Below are positions 11,105 to 21,062 of a stretch of 64,000 bases of DNA, piece by piece. Position 1 is the stretch's first letter. Every line of letters begins with the position of its first letter. The notes under the pieces were generated by a model. That model was not told where the DNA came from. It saw only the letters and a list, made by a program, of their open reading frames with translations, and searched no databases. The position numbers and the translations under genes are program-made. The stretch comes from an uncultured bacterium (GTDB lineage: Bacteria > Oederibacteriota > PGYV01 > CAWJRG01). The stretch lies in contig CAWJRG010000009.1 of NCBI GenBank assembly GCA_963845185.1, positions 736,001 to 800,000 on the forward strand, written 5' to 3'.

Positions 11105-11815
11105 TTACCTTTTCTTGAATTTATCCAAATAATCCGTTACTTTTTCAATGTCATTTATGTAAGAATGAAACATATTATCAATTTCATTATTTTTAATCTT
11201 ATTCACCCCATCTTTTAAAGCTAATATATCAAAAAATACCTGCGTATTCAAGCTTATCTTTTTTGAAAGAGCAGCAATTATTTCCGCCTTTTTTAACGGG
11301 GGCTGTATCTTAAAATACCTGAGAATACCCTTAAATATTGCTATGAAAGTTGAGACGGAACCCCGCATTAGCTCCTTAACCTTTCGGGCATTGCCTCCTG
11401 TGATTATAAACGATTGCCTTAAACGTATGATTTTACTTTTTAATTCCCTTTCAATTTCAAGCCTAAGGTTTCCTGTGGCTATTTTCATATTCTTAAAAAC
11501 ATCTTCGCCATAAACTACAAAATGGTTTTCTTTAATATCAAGAAATTCTATTGGGAAAACGTCGTTTGATTTTATAATGCTGTGCCTGTCAAATATAAGA
11601 GGAATTGGCTGGCCGTGTCTGCACCATTTTTTTACGGGATTTTCCATATTTTTTAGGCATTCCGGGCTGAAATAGCCTACAACTATAAGTGTATTATAAT
11701 CCGAGGTTTTATAAAATTCGCCTGTAGCTGCAGAACCGTAAACTATAAACGATTTTAAATTATCTCCGAGAACATTTTTTAGATCTTTTGCGAAGCTAGT
11801 TAAAAATTTGTCCAT
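11105..11815 (-). CDS. Pol-beta-like nucleotidyltransferase-fold protein
   Basis: YGSAATG...SDYN motif, DVFPIEFLDI; lies between lemA and a TPM gene. Confidence 0.75.
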   Translation of the reverse strand: MDKFLTSFAKDLKNVLGDNLKSFIVYGSAATGEFYKTSDYNTLIVVGYFSPECLKNMENPVKKWCRHGQPIPLIFDRHSIIKSNDVFPIEFLDIKENHFVVYGEDVFKNMKIATGNLRLEIERELKSKIIRLRQSFIITGGNARKVKELMRGSVSTFIAIFKGILRYFKIQPPLKKAEIIAALSKKISLNTQVFFDILALKDGVNKIKNNEIDNMFHSYINDIEKVTDYLDKFKKR

Positions 11816-11856
11816 ATATTACCTCCATAAACTTAAAATACAAAATTTAATATTCT

Positions 11857-12606
11857 TTACCAGCCTCCTGATGCTCCTCCACCGCCGCTTGAGCCTCCGC
11901 CAAATCCTCCACCAAACCCAGAGCCTCCAAAACCACCGCCAAAACCACTGCTTCCGCCGCGGCCCGGCATTAAGAAAAATAATAAAAGCCACGGATTTCT
12001 TATTATTATCGGCAGTACAAAAACAATAAAAATTATAATCCAGAATATATCAGAACCTTTTAGCTTATAGTTTAGCTGTTGATTTTCCGTATAAATACCA
12101 TAGTTGCCGGAAAGCGATATGCCTTTTTCACCGGCTATTGCGATTGCAATTGAATAAACTCCCGCTAATATGCCATTTGAAAAATCCTGTTTTTTAAAAT
12201 ACGGCACAATATCGTTTCTTATTATATCACCGGCCTTGCCGTCAGGGATAATGCCTTCGATTCCGTAGCCTGTTTCAATTCTAATTTTCTTGTCCTCATA
12301 AGCAACGAGCAACATTACTCCGTTATCTTTGCCCTTCTCGCCCACGCGCCATTTTGCGAAAAGTCTATTTGTAAAGTCATCTAGGTCATCGCCTTCAAGC
12401 GATTTTATTGTAACAACAGCAATTTCAGCACCCGTCTTACTTTTTAATTCCGTAATTAAAGCTGTTAATTTCTCTCGGGTTGATTCATCTACAATACCTG
12501 CATAGTCATTTACCCAACCAGATGGCTGATAAGCATTCTCGTTAATACCGTAAACTGCAGTTGCGCAGCATGCCATCAAGGTTAGAATTAGTATATATTT
12601 TTTCAT
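11857..12606 (-). CDS. TPM domain protein (YgcG-like)
   Basis: VNDYAGI, EIAVVTI, WRVGEKGKDNGV, RIETGYGIEG, TM helix, Gly-rich tail ending GGGGASGGW. Confidence 0.93.
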   Translation of the reverse strand: MKKYILILTLMACCATAVYGINENAYQPSGWVNDYAGIVDESTREKLTALITELKSKTGAEIAVVTIKSLEGDDLDDFTNRLFAKWRVGEKGKDNGVMLLVAYEDKKIRIETGYGIEGIIPDGKAGDIIRNDIVPYFKKQDFSNGILAGVYSIAIAIAGEKGISLSGNYGIYTENQQLNYKLKGSDIFWIIIFIVFVLPIIIRNPWLLLFFLMPGRGGSSGFGGGFGGSGFGGGFGGGSSGGGGASGGW

Positions 12607-12654
12607 TTCAAATTTATCTTGAAGGTTTTGAATTTTGTATTGCGAAAAAAATGA

Positions 12655-14253
12655 TCATAGCGAATATGCAGTCCAGTCAATATCCGGGAATATATTATCT
12701 TTCCATTCAATTTCAGAGATATAGGATTCATCAAAATTATTATTTTTCAGCATGTCGTACAGTTTATTAAACCTGAATATATGAACTTTTGTCCTTTTTA
12801 CTGCGTATTCAACCATTGTCTGGGTTTTCATTATGAAAGCCCAGTCACTGCTCTGGGCAAGCAGTACTTCCCTTGCAGCCTGTTTTAAAGCCCGTTCCTG
12901 ATTCCCAGAAAGCGGTTTGTATCTAAATGCATAAGCAAGCTCCATCATTTTCTCGTAGATTTTGTGCAGGTGCTTATAAACCCAGTCATTATTGCCGTTC
13001 AGCCAGAATTCGGCATAACCTTTATACCCCCAGCTTGAAAAAGAAGGAGTCAGAACCTGATTGCGCGGATATTTTTCCAAATATTCCGAAAGAGTAATAG
13101 TTTTAACGGTGTTCTGGTCGTAAAAAATTTTGCGCATTAAAAAATTTATAAAATCAGGGCCTTCATACCACCAGTGTCCGAAAAGCTCTGCGTCATAAGG
13201 AGCTACTATTATTGGCTCTCTTTTCATAATCCTGAATAGATGCTCAACTTGTTTTTCCCTGTTAAACATGAAGTTGCCGGCATGCTCAGCTGCTTTATCA
13301 AGGGCCTTCGACGGGTCATATACGTCTTTGAAAGAAATATCGCCTCTGCCGGTTATTCTGTAATATTTTATGCCGGTATTGATTCGTATGCCGCTTTCAT
13401 GGATATAGGGCTTTATATAATTATAATCAAGGTCAAATCCTATGTCCCTGTAAAATTCCCTGTAAGCAAAATCTCCAGGATAACCTTCTTTTGCGCTCCA
13501 GACCTGTTTTGATGATTCCATGTCCCTACCGAAAGCAGCAACTCCGGACCTGCAATAGACAGGCGCAAATACACCATATTTTGGCCGAGGCGTGCCGTAA
13601 AGTATGCCGTGCGTGTCAACTATAAAATACCTTATACCCCATTTTCTCAAAAGCTCGTCATCGCCAGGATTATACCCAGCTTCAGGCAGCCATATACCTT
13701 TTGGCCTTCTGCCAATATATTTTATGTGATTATCAACGGCAATCTTTATTTGAGCATTGACTGGTTCCCTGTAAATGGAAAGCGGTAAAAATCCGTGCGT
13801 AGCACCGCAGGTTATTATCTCGAGTTTGCCTGCGTCTTGGACCTGCTTAAACCCTTCAACCAGATCGCGATGGTATTTTTCCTCAAATATATATCGTGCT
13901 TTATAAAATTTTTCCCTATACATGACGGCTACTCTGTTGAATGCCGGCTCAAACTTTGTCCTTATTACTTCTTTTTCCACAAGCTCGATTAGTTTGTTGA
14001 TATGTCTGGAATATCTTTCCTGAAGGAGCGGATCTTTTAGCATGGCTATTAATGGCGGTGTCAATGACATCGTTATTCTGAAGTCAACGCCGTCTTCAAT
14101 GAGTTTATTAAAAACATCGAGAAACGGTATATATGTTTCTGTTATTGCCTCGAAAAACCAGGTTTCCTCAAGGGCATCATTGTATTCAGGATGTCTGACA
14201 AAAGGCAGGTGTGCATGAAGTATTAGGGCTAAATATCCCGAGGGTTCGCTCAT
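12655..14253 (-). CDS. GH57 1,4-alpha-glucan branching enzyme (DUF1957)
   Basis: LHAHLPFV, ETYIP, GIWLPE, PYDAELFGHWWYEG, AQSSDW. Confidence 0.93.
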   Translation of the reverse strand: MSEPSGYLALILHAHLPFVRHPEYNDALEETWFFEAITETYIPFLDVFNKLIEDGVDFRITMSLTPPLIAMLKDPLLQERYSRHINKLIELVEKEVIRTKFEPAFNRVAVMYREKFYKARYIFEEKYHRDLVEGFKQVQDAGKLEIITCGATHGFLPLSIYREPVNAQIKIAVDNHIKYIGRRPKGIWLPEAGYNPGDDELLRKWGIRYFIVDTHGILYGTPRPKYGVFAPVYCRSGVAAFGRDMESSKQVWSAKEGYPGDFAYREFYRDIGFDLDYNYIKPYIHESGIRINTGIKYYRITGRGDISFKDVYDPSKALDKAAEHAGNFMFNREKQVEHLFRIMKREPIIVAPYDAELFGHWWYEGPDFINFLMRKIFYDQNTVKTITLSEYLEKYPRNQVLTPSFSSWGYKGYAEFWLNGNNDWVYKHLHKIYEKMMELAYAFRYKPLSGNQERALKQAAREVLLAQSSDWAFIMKTQTMVEYAVKRTKVHIFRFNKLYDMLKNNNFDESYISEIEWKDNIFPDIDWTAYSL

Positions 14254-14262
14254 AAATATTTC

Positions 14263-15321
14263 TTATTCGGTCTTTCTTTCCACAGTTATTTTAATAGTTA
14301 TGTTATCTTTTTTATCTTGTGATGTCGCGTTCACCGGCAGGTCTATTTTACCTGTTGGCAGATGGAATCTGAGGTTAAATGTACCGTCTTCGCTAAGCTT
14401 TACTGGTTCATTTTTTATTGTCAAAGAAGCATTTTTTTCGGTTGCTCCATATAAAATAAGCTCGGTATCAGCTATAAGAAAGAATCCTTTTCCTTCCGGT
14501 TTATATGCAGGACTGCTAAAACTGCTGACATTTTCAGATGAAAGGTTAAATTCAAGCCTCCCTTTTTCAGAAGCACCAAGTGGTCTGCCCCCACCCGACA
14601 TCCTAAATATTTCGTCAAAATCTTCATCAACAACCATCCATTCCTCGTCCAAAACATTTGAAACTTTATCGCGCGGTGTGTTTACTACATTTGACCGCGC
14701 TATCATTATAAAATGACCGTCCGAAGTTTTCAATCCTATATCGACAATATATGTGCGTCCGGATTCCCAGACATTTACATACCAGTTATTGGCGCCTCCT
14801 GTTATTGTTATATCTTGAAATTTATGCGCGTTTCTCCCGTTAAAGATTATGTCAGTTATATCATATACCCTTAAAGTAAGCTCGGCGTGTCCCCACTCCG
14901 GTTTTAATTCCTTACTTTTGGCTGCTATTAATTCACCCGAAATATCCCAAAAAGCGTAACACCAGTAAGGATCCCTCACGAGTAAAATTATTTTGTTATC
15001 GTAATATCTTTCCTGTATTTGGTCTTCTGTAGGTTTTGGCTTATATTCTTCCTTAACCGGTTCCGGTTTTGATTTTTTTTCCTCATCCTTCATTTGTGCA
15101 GGGTAATATTTTGTTGCTTCTATTTTTGATTCCTCGGCCATTGGTTGTATTTTATGAGTGGTTAGGCCTTTTTTAGCTTTTATTTTAACAGATTTAACAG
15201 TTTTTGCTTTTGCTTCAGTAACTTTTTTTTCTTTAACTACTATTTTTTTGGCAACTGGTTTATCTTCCGAAACCTTGGAATACTTACTCCTTCCCCTTTT
15301 TTTAGGATCTTTATCTGCCAT
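14263..15321 (-). CDS. DUF4912 domain protein
   Basis: LLVRDPYWCYAFWDI, LRVYDIT, ARSNVVNTPR, ADTELILYGATE; Lys-rich N-terminus. Confidence 0.88.
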   Translation of the reverse strand: MADKDPKKRGRSKYSKVSEDKPVAKKIVVKEKKVTEAKAKTVKSVKIKAKKGLTTHKIQPMAEESKIEATKYYPAQMKDEEKKSKPEPVKEEYKPKPTEDQIQERYYDNKIILLVRDPYWCYAFWDISGELIAAKSKELKPEWGHAELTLRVYDITDIIFNGRNAHKFQDITITGGANNWYVNVWESGRTYIVDIGLKTSDGHFIMIARSNVVNTPRDKVSNVLDEEWMVVDEDFDEIFRMSGGGRPLGASEKGRLEFNLSSENVSSFSSPAYKPEGKGFFLIADTELILYGATEKNASLTIKNEPVKLSEDGTFNLRFHLPTGKIDLPVNATSQDKKDNITIKITVERKTE

Positions 15322-15437
15322 AGCATTACTTCCTTTCTTTTTATTTTATATTATGAAACTTAAATGTTAAGACAAAATAAACTTTAAATTAATTTTTGAA
15401 AATACCCTCTTAATTATCAGGTAAAATTATTTTATTT

Positions 15438-15728
15438 TCAGGCTGATGGTGCTATGCCAAGCAGGATTTCAATTAAATCTTTACCTGGTTTAAATTTTAC
15501 AACTTTTTTGGCTGGAACTTCCACCTTTTCGCCTGTTTTAGGATTCCTCGCAAGCCTTGCTTTTCTTTCTTTTACTGAAAAGGATCCCAATCCTGTAACT
15601 GAAACTTTTTTGCCTTCTTTTAAAGATTCCTGAGTAATTTTCACAAAACTATCCAATACTTTTTCAATATCTTTCTTTGGCAGGGATATATTTTCACCAA
15701 TTTTGTCAACAATTTCTATTTTTGTCAT
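15438..15728 (-). CDS. hup: HU family DNA-binding protein
   Basis: MTKIEIV, GLGSF, ARNPKTGE, KFKPGK. Confidence 0.93.
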   Translation of the reverse strand: MTKIEIVDKIGENISLPKKDIEKVLDSFVKITQESLKEGKKVSVTGLGSFSVKERKARLARNPKTGEKVEVPAKKVVKFKPGKDLIEILLGIAPSA

Positions 15729-15766
15729 CGGTTCTAAAACCTCCTTCCATTTGATTTTGTTGTATT

Positions 15767-15795
15767 AATGTACCAATAAACGCCAAAAAAGTCAA
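15767..15795 (-). promoter_or_regulatory. Putative sigma70 promoter of the HU gene
   Basis: TTGACT-N17-TACATT upstream of AAGGAGG. Confidence 0.6.
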
Positions 15796-15859
15796 GGTTA
15801 TTTATGATTTTACATTGAATATTAAATGAATATTCAAATAATTTCGCATAGTGAAAATT

Positions 15860-16351
15860 CTATTCCAAGGGCTTATTAAATTTTTTTCTTAATTTTTGCG
15901 CAACATAAGCAGGTACAAATTTATTTATATTTCCATGATGAAATGCTATTTCTTTAACAGATGACGAGGATATATAAAGATATGATTCATCCGGCAACAT
16001 ATAAATCATCTCGACGTCGTTATAAAGCTTTTTATTGCTCAATGCAAGCTGAAATTCATATTCAAAATCAGAAAGGGCACGCAACCCCCTTATTACTATT
16101 CGACGTCCTGTTTTTCTCAGAAAATCCACAAGTAAACCCTTATAACTCATTACTTTAACAAAATTCATTGTTTTCGTGGCTTGTCTTGCCATATCAATCC
16201 TTTCGTCCCACGAAAACAGAGGTTGTTTTAACTCGCCTTTTGCCACTGCGACTATAACTTCATCAAACATTTTTCCTGCTCGTTTAATAACATCAAGATG
16301 ACCATTTGTTATCGGGTCAAAAGTACCAGGGTAAACAGCTTTATTTTTCAT
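15860..16351 (-). CDS. coaD: Phosphopantetheine adenylyltransferase
   Basis: YPGTFDPITNGH, RGLRALSDFEYE, ISSSSVKE. Confidence 0.97.
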   Translation of the reverse strand: MKNKAVYPGTFDPITNGHLDVIKRAGKMFDEVIVAVAKGELKQPLFSWDERIDMARQATKTMNFVKVMSYKGLLVDFLRKTGRRIVIRGLRALSDFEYEFQLALSNKKLYNDVEMIYMLPDESYLYISSSSVKEIAFHHGNINKFVPAYVAQKLRKKFNKPLE

Positions 16352-16388
16352 TAATATCACCTTCGGTTAAAATTTCCTTAGGGCTAAG

Positions 16389-17240
16389 TTATCCCTGCTG
16401 CAAGCCTTTCTGGTAAATATATGCCTCGTAAGTATTTTGCATGAGCATTGCCCTTGTCATTGGACCTACCCCTCCGGGCACCGGAGTTATAAAAGAAGCT
16501 TTTGTTTTTACAGCCTCAAAATCGACATCACCTTTTAATTTCCCATCTTCATCCTTATTTGTGCCCACGTCAATGACTATAGCTCCATTTTTCACCATAT
16601 TTTCCTTGACAAACTTATATTTGCCTACGGCTGCTACTAGGATATCTGCCTGAGCCGTTATCTGTTCAATATTTTTTGTTTTAGAATGGCATACGGTCAC
16701 CGTGACGTTTTTTTGCATTAAAAGTATGGCCATAGGTTTGCCTACAATGTTGCTTCTGCCGATAACAACAGCATTCTTTCCTTCCATTTTTTCGCCTGTA
16801 GATTCAATCAGCATCATTATCCCTTTTGGTGTGCATGGTATAAAAAAAGGGTTGCCTGAAAACAACTTGCCTGCATTAAAATAAGTAATGCCGTCCACAT
16901 CCTTTACAGGATTGATTGAATTTATAACGACATCAGTATTTAAGTGTTTGGGCAAAGGCAGTTGGACAAGCAGCCCGTTAATTTTGTCATTTTCGTTCAA
17001 TGTGTCTATTAAATTAAGCAGATCGCTCTGGCTTGTTGATTCAGGAAGCTTGTGCACTTCCGAATAAAACCCGATTTCGCCGCTGTCTTTTTCTTTTAGT
17101 CCTACATAAATTTTTGAAGCTGGATCTTCTCCAACAAGTATGACAGCAAGTCCGGGTTTTTCCTTAAGCCCTGATACTTTTCCTGAAATCTCCTGTTTTA
17201 CTTTTGCAGCTATCGCTTTTCCGTCAAGTATTTGTGCCAT
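16389..17240 (-). CDS. folD: Methylenetetrahydrofolate dehydrogenase/cyclohydrolase
   Basis: LVQLPLP, KDVDG, PCTPKG, GRSNIVGKP, TPVPGGVGPMT. Confidence 0.97.
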   Translation of the reverse strand: MAQILDGKAIAAKVKQEISGKVSGLKEKPGLAVILVGEDPASKIYVGLKEKDSGEIGFYSEVHKLPESTSQSDLLNLIDTLNENDKINGLLVQLPLPKHLNTDVVINSINPVKDVDGITYFNAGKLFSGNPFFIPCTPKGIMMLIESTGEKMEGKNAVVIGRSNIVGKPMAILLMQKNVTVTVCHSKTKNIEQITAQADILVAAVGKYKFVKENMVKNGAIVIDVGTNKDEDGKLKGDVDFEAVKTKASFITPVPGGVGPMTRAMLMQNTYEAYIYQKGLQQG

Positions 17241-17333
17241 ATGTATTCTCCTATAACATAAAAAGCAAATATTTCAAGTATTTTTATATTGAGAATCCAA
17301 CCTCAGCTTTAGTGATTGCTGCTTTTGCTTTCG

Positions 17334-19211
17334 CTAAAGTATTTCCAATACAGCCTTTTTAATGCCTGTACTTGTCAGGCCGCACTCTTTCCTGAGTTCT
17401 TCCATTGTGCCATGTTCTATAAACCTGTCTGGTACGCCAAGTATTCTGATATTTATGTCCTTTATGTTGCTTTTTTCGGCCAGCTCAATGACGCTCTGAC
17501 CAAAACCGCCTTCTATGGCTCCTTCTTCTATGGTTACAAGCTTTTTTGTCTTTCTTATTGATTTCAGTATTGCGGTTTTATCCATCGGCTTTGCAAACCG
17601 CGCGTCAATTATTTCGATTTTAATTTTATTTTCTTTTTCTAATTCATCCGCTGCTTTTATGACGTATGGCAAAAGCGCTCCCAAGTTTACTACCGTAATA
17701 TCCCTGCCTTTTTTTATAAGTCTTGATTTGCCTATTTTTGCAGCTAAAGGATTTTTTTCCTTTTTAAAATCCCATGCCCTTCCACGCGGAAACCTTATGG
17801 CTACAGGTCCTTTCCTATAGTCCGCTGCAAACAGCAAAGCTTTTCTCAGCTCATTTTCGTCTGAAGGCGCCATAACGACCATATTAGGCACCATTTTCAT
17901 AAATACAATGTCAAAAATACCATGGTGCGTAGGTCCGTCTTCGCCAACAAGTCCCGCCCTGTCCATTGCGAATATAACAGGAAGCTTCTGCAGGGCCACG
18001 TCATGTATTATCTGGTCAATGCCCCGCTGGAGAAAAGTGGAATAAATCGCCACAACCGGCTGCATGCCTGAAACAGCCATCCCGGCTGCAAAAGTGACCG
18101 CGTGTTCTTCTGCTATGCCGACGTCGAAAAATCTTTCCGGGAAAAGGTCCTTAAATTTGGATAAATCCGTGCCTTCAACCATGGCCGCAACTATTGCAGT
18201 TATTTTTTTGTTTCTGCGGGCTATTTTTACAAGAGTTTCCGAAAAAACATTTGAATAAGTAAATTCAGATTCTTTTTTTAAAGGCTTTCCTGTTTTTATA
18301 TCAAACGGACATATTCCGTGAAAAAAAACTGGGTTTTTTTCAGCAGGCCCATAACCTTTGCCCTTTTTTGTTATGACATGAATTAATTTTGGGCCTTTTA
18401 CATCCCTTATCCTGTTCAGTGTGTTCGTCAGCAATCTTATGTTATGTCCATTTATGGGTCCGAAATAACGCAGCCCGAGTTCCTCGAATATCATGCCCGG
18501 CGACAATACGCCCCTGATGGCTTCCTCTGTGTGTTTTATGATACTGGCTGTCGGAGAACCAAAGACCGGGATATGGTCAAGTATTGATTTTACCCATATT
18601 TTTAAATTAATATAAAGTTTCCCTGACACTATGCGGTTAAAATACTCGGATATAGCGCCGACCGTACGGGAAATGGACATTTCATTGTCTATGACAACTA
18701 TCAGGATGTTTGTCTTGTCATGGCCGATATTGTTTATCGCCTCAAGCGACATGCCGCTTGCAAAGGAAGCGTCGCCTACCACTGCAACGACGTTATATTT
18801 TCCTTTTGCGATGTCCCTGGCTTTTGCTATGCCCATTGCAGCTGATATTGCCGTTGAAGCATGGCCTGCCCCAAAAACGTCAAATTTGCTTTCATGTATT
18901 TTTAAAAATCCTGAAACCCCGCCGCGCTGCCTTAATTTCTGGAACTTCTTCTGCCTGCCAGTGAGTATTTTATGTGCGTAAGCCTGATGCCCCACATCCC
19001 AGATTATTTTATCCGACGGCTGGTTAAAAACCTTGCCAATCGATAGTGTAACCTCTACTGCGCCCAGAGACAATGCAAGATGGCCGCCGGTCTTTGATAC
19101 CACATTGACCATGTAATCCCTTATTTCCGCAGCCAATATGTCTAATTCTTTGACAGAAAGACTTTTTAAGTCGGAAATTTTTTTGATTTTTTTAAGAAAC
19201 CGGTAATACAT
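17334..19211 (-). CDS. dxs: 1-deoxy-D-xylulose-5-phosphate synthase
   Basis: GGHLA, WDVGHQAYAHK, GDAS...N, DVGIAEEH, DRAGLVGEDGPTH. Confidence 0.97.
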   Translation of the reverse strand: MYYRFLKKIKKISDLKSLSVKELDILAAEIRDYMVNVVSKTGGHLALSLGAVEVTLSIGKVFNQPSDKIIWDVGHQAYAHKILTGRQKKFQKLRQRGGVSGFLKIHESKFDVFGAGHASTAISAAMGIAKARDIAKGKYNVVAVVGDASFASGMSLEAINNIGHDKTNILIVVIDNEMSISRTVGAISEYFNRIVSGKLYINLKIWVKSILDHIPVFGSPTASIIKHTEEAIRGVLSPGMIFEELGLRYFGPINGHNIRLLTNTLNRIRDVKGPKLIHVITKKGKGYGPAEKNPVFFHGICPFDIKTGKPLKKESEFTYSNVFSETLVKIARRNKKITAIVAAMVEGTDLSKFKDLFPERFFDVGIAEEHAVTFAAGMAVSGMQPVVAIYSTFLQRGIDQIIHDVALQKLPVIFAMDRAGLVGEDGPTHHGIFDIVFMKMVPNMVVMAPSDENELRKALLFAADYRKGPVAIRFPRGRAWDFKKEKNPLAAKIGKSRLIKKGRDITVVNLGALLPYVIKAADELEKENKIKIEIIDARFAKPMDKTAILKSIRKTKKLVTIEEGAIEGGFGQSVIELAEKSNIKDINIRILGVPDRFIEHGTMEELRKECGLTSTGIKKAVLEIL

Positions 19212-19224
19212 TATGCAAATACCA

Positions 19225-19701
19225 TTAATACATCACAATTGCGGATAAAATCCCGAGTAAAATGCCTGCCGCCGCTTCAATTGGCGTATGGCCAAGCAAT
19301 TCTTTCAGCCGGTCAGGGAAATTTTCATTTTTATCATACATTTCGTCCATCATTTTATTCAGCAGGCTTGCCTGCTTGCCAGCGGCCCTCCTGACTCCTA
19401 CGGCGTCTGTTATTACGATAACTGTAAAGGCGAGCGTTACAAGATAAATCGGAGAATCCCAGCCGCAGTAAAGGCCGATATTTGTGGAAAGCGCCGAGAC
19501 AAAAGCAGTATGCGATGAGGGCATGCCTCCTGTTCCGACCAAAAGCCTGAAGTCTATCTTTTTGTGGTGCACAAAATGCAGGAAGACCTTTAAAGTCTGC
19601 GCAAAAGCCCATGCAATAAATGTTGTGATAAAAATTTTATTGACTACACTTGTCTTGATTATTATTCCCATTTCCGCAAAAGCGTCTTTGAACAAAATCA
19701 T
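19225..19701 (-). CDS. Divergent PAP2 family protein (DUF212)
   Basis: GGMPSSH, DAVGVRRAAG.QA, LKELLGHTP.E. Confidence 0.93.
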   Translation of the reverse strand: MILFKDAFAEMGIIIKTSVVNKIFITTFIAWAFAQTLKVFLHFVHHKKIDFRLLVGTGGMPSSHTAFVSALSTNIGLYCGWDSPIYLVTLAFTVIVITDAVGVRRAAGKQASLLNKMMDEMYDKNENFPDRLKELLGHTPIEAAAGILLGILSAIVMY

Positions 19702-19793
19702 TTATTTGTCTCCTTAGCTCCGTTCAGCATTTAATAATTCTTTATTTAACATTTCACAACACCGATTAAAGAATCCCAAATTCCACATCTGAC

Positions 19794-19822
19794 ATATTAA
19801 CAATGATTTGATTTTTTTTCAA
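19794..19822 (-). promoter_or_regulatory. Putative sigma70 promoter for DUF212-dxs
   Basis: TTGAAA-N17-TAATAT. Confidence 0.45.
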
Positions 19823-19970
19823 CAGGAATGATAGACAGGCGGGTATTTTAAATCATATTTTATCATTTGTTTAATAGCAAAATTCCCCAATAGCTCTTGA
19901 AATTTAGTGTTCTGTAATAGCGGGCCGAGGCTAAAAAATCAGGTTAACAATCCAGCTGAAATAAATTAAA

Positions 19971-20606
19971 CTACTGTAAAACAGTTGCATTAAAAGCTGC
20001 CGAAGAAGTAGTAGTTGTAGCACTGCAGCTTATAACAGAATTCTGCAATTCAATAGGCAAATTGGTTTTGTTCACGACAAAATAATCAATTATTTCAGCA
20101 ATTGCATTGCACCACGGCCCTCCGCTGCAATATGTTGGACTGTATGTATTTAAAACATTCAAATTAACTGTATTGCAATCGGTTGTTATATTATTTAATG
20201 ACCATACCGGCTCATAGCAAGCTCCCATTATTGAAATTCCTATTACCATTTTTGCATTAAAATCTACAGAAACAGGAGTAGGTGTCGGAGATCCGGCAGG
20301 AGCAAATCCTGCGTAATTTGCAAGATAAGCTGTTTGTGATTTAATAATATAGTTTCCTCCCCAAGTTAAAGAAGACGGATAGCTCAAGCTGCTGAAACTT
20401 TCATTTCCTGGAGTGCACGGATAAATTGCAGGAGTCGGTGTATTTGTTACGTTATTTTGAACCTGCGCAGTTGCTGTAATATTAGGCGTATTGGCAAGTA
20501 TTGGCGTTGCTGTCGGTAAAGCAGAAACCGGTGAAGGTTTATTGCAGGATAATAAAAATAGCACAAAAATTACAAGAACAACTGTAAATAATGTGATTTT
20601 TTTCAT
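19971..20606 (-). CDS. Lipoprotein with Pro/Thr linker and a weakly PrcB-C-like domain
   Basis: Lipobox LLSC, PTATP linkers, VDFNAKMVIGI segment, several Cys; AGGAGG RBS. Confidence 0.7.
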   Translation of the reverse strand: MKKITLFTVVLVIFVLFLLSCNKPSPVSALPTATPILANTPNITATAQVQNNVTNTPTPAIYPCTPGNESFSSLSYPSSLTWGGNYIIKSQTAYLANYAGFAPAGSPTPTPVSVDFNAKMVIGISIMGACYEPVWSLNNITTDCNTVNLNVLNTYSPTYCSGGPWCNAIAEIIDYFVVNKTNLPIELQNSVISCSATTTTSSAAFNATVLQ

Positions 20607-20746
20607 TTGTAATTCCTCCTTGATGTAAAATTTTGTTAATATATATTAATTATATACTATATTTGACAAATTATCCATTAAAAAGTTCCGAGGAATCTTA
20701 TACTAGAAAATCCCCTACTTCACAAATTAGAATCTATGCTACAAGA

Positions 20747-21062
20747 CTACTTCAGCACAATAAACACTCCCGGCTTGCTTTTTATTTTCCTGCCTGTGCT
20801 GTCTTCGGCTATAAGAATATAATAATACAATCCGCTGGCAAAGTTTCCCAGTTCGCCTTGAGAAAAGCTCACGTTATAATTCCCTGTTATAGAAGTGGCG
20901 GGCCACGTCTTGTCTTTTACCAGCCTGAAACCTGCCGTGTAAATTTTTATGCTCACTGATTGGGGCTGCTGAGTCATATCCATGTGCACGTAAAGCGCGT
21001 CTTTGCCCGCAATTGCGGGATTTGGATAAATAAGGACATTGTTTACTGTAAACCCAGTATTT
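20747..21062 (-). repeat. C-terminal sorting-domain DNA repeat, copy 1 of 3
   Basis: Long identical tracts shared with 32838-33140 and 37104-37405 (e.g. ggcttgcttttta, cagcctgaaa, tttggataaa, atatccatgtgcacgtaaagcg). Confidence 0.9.
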
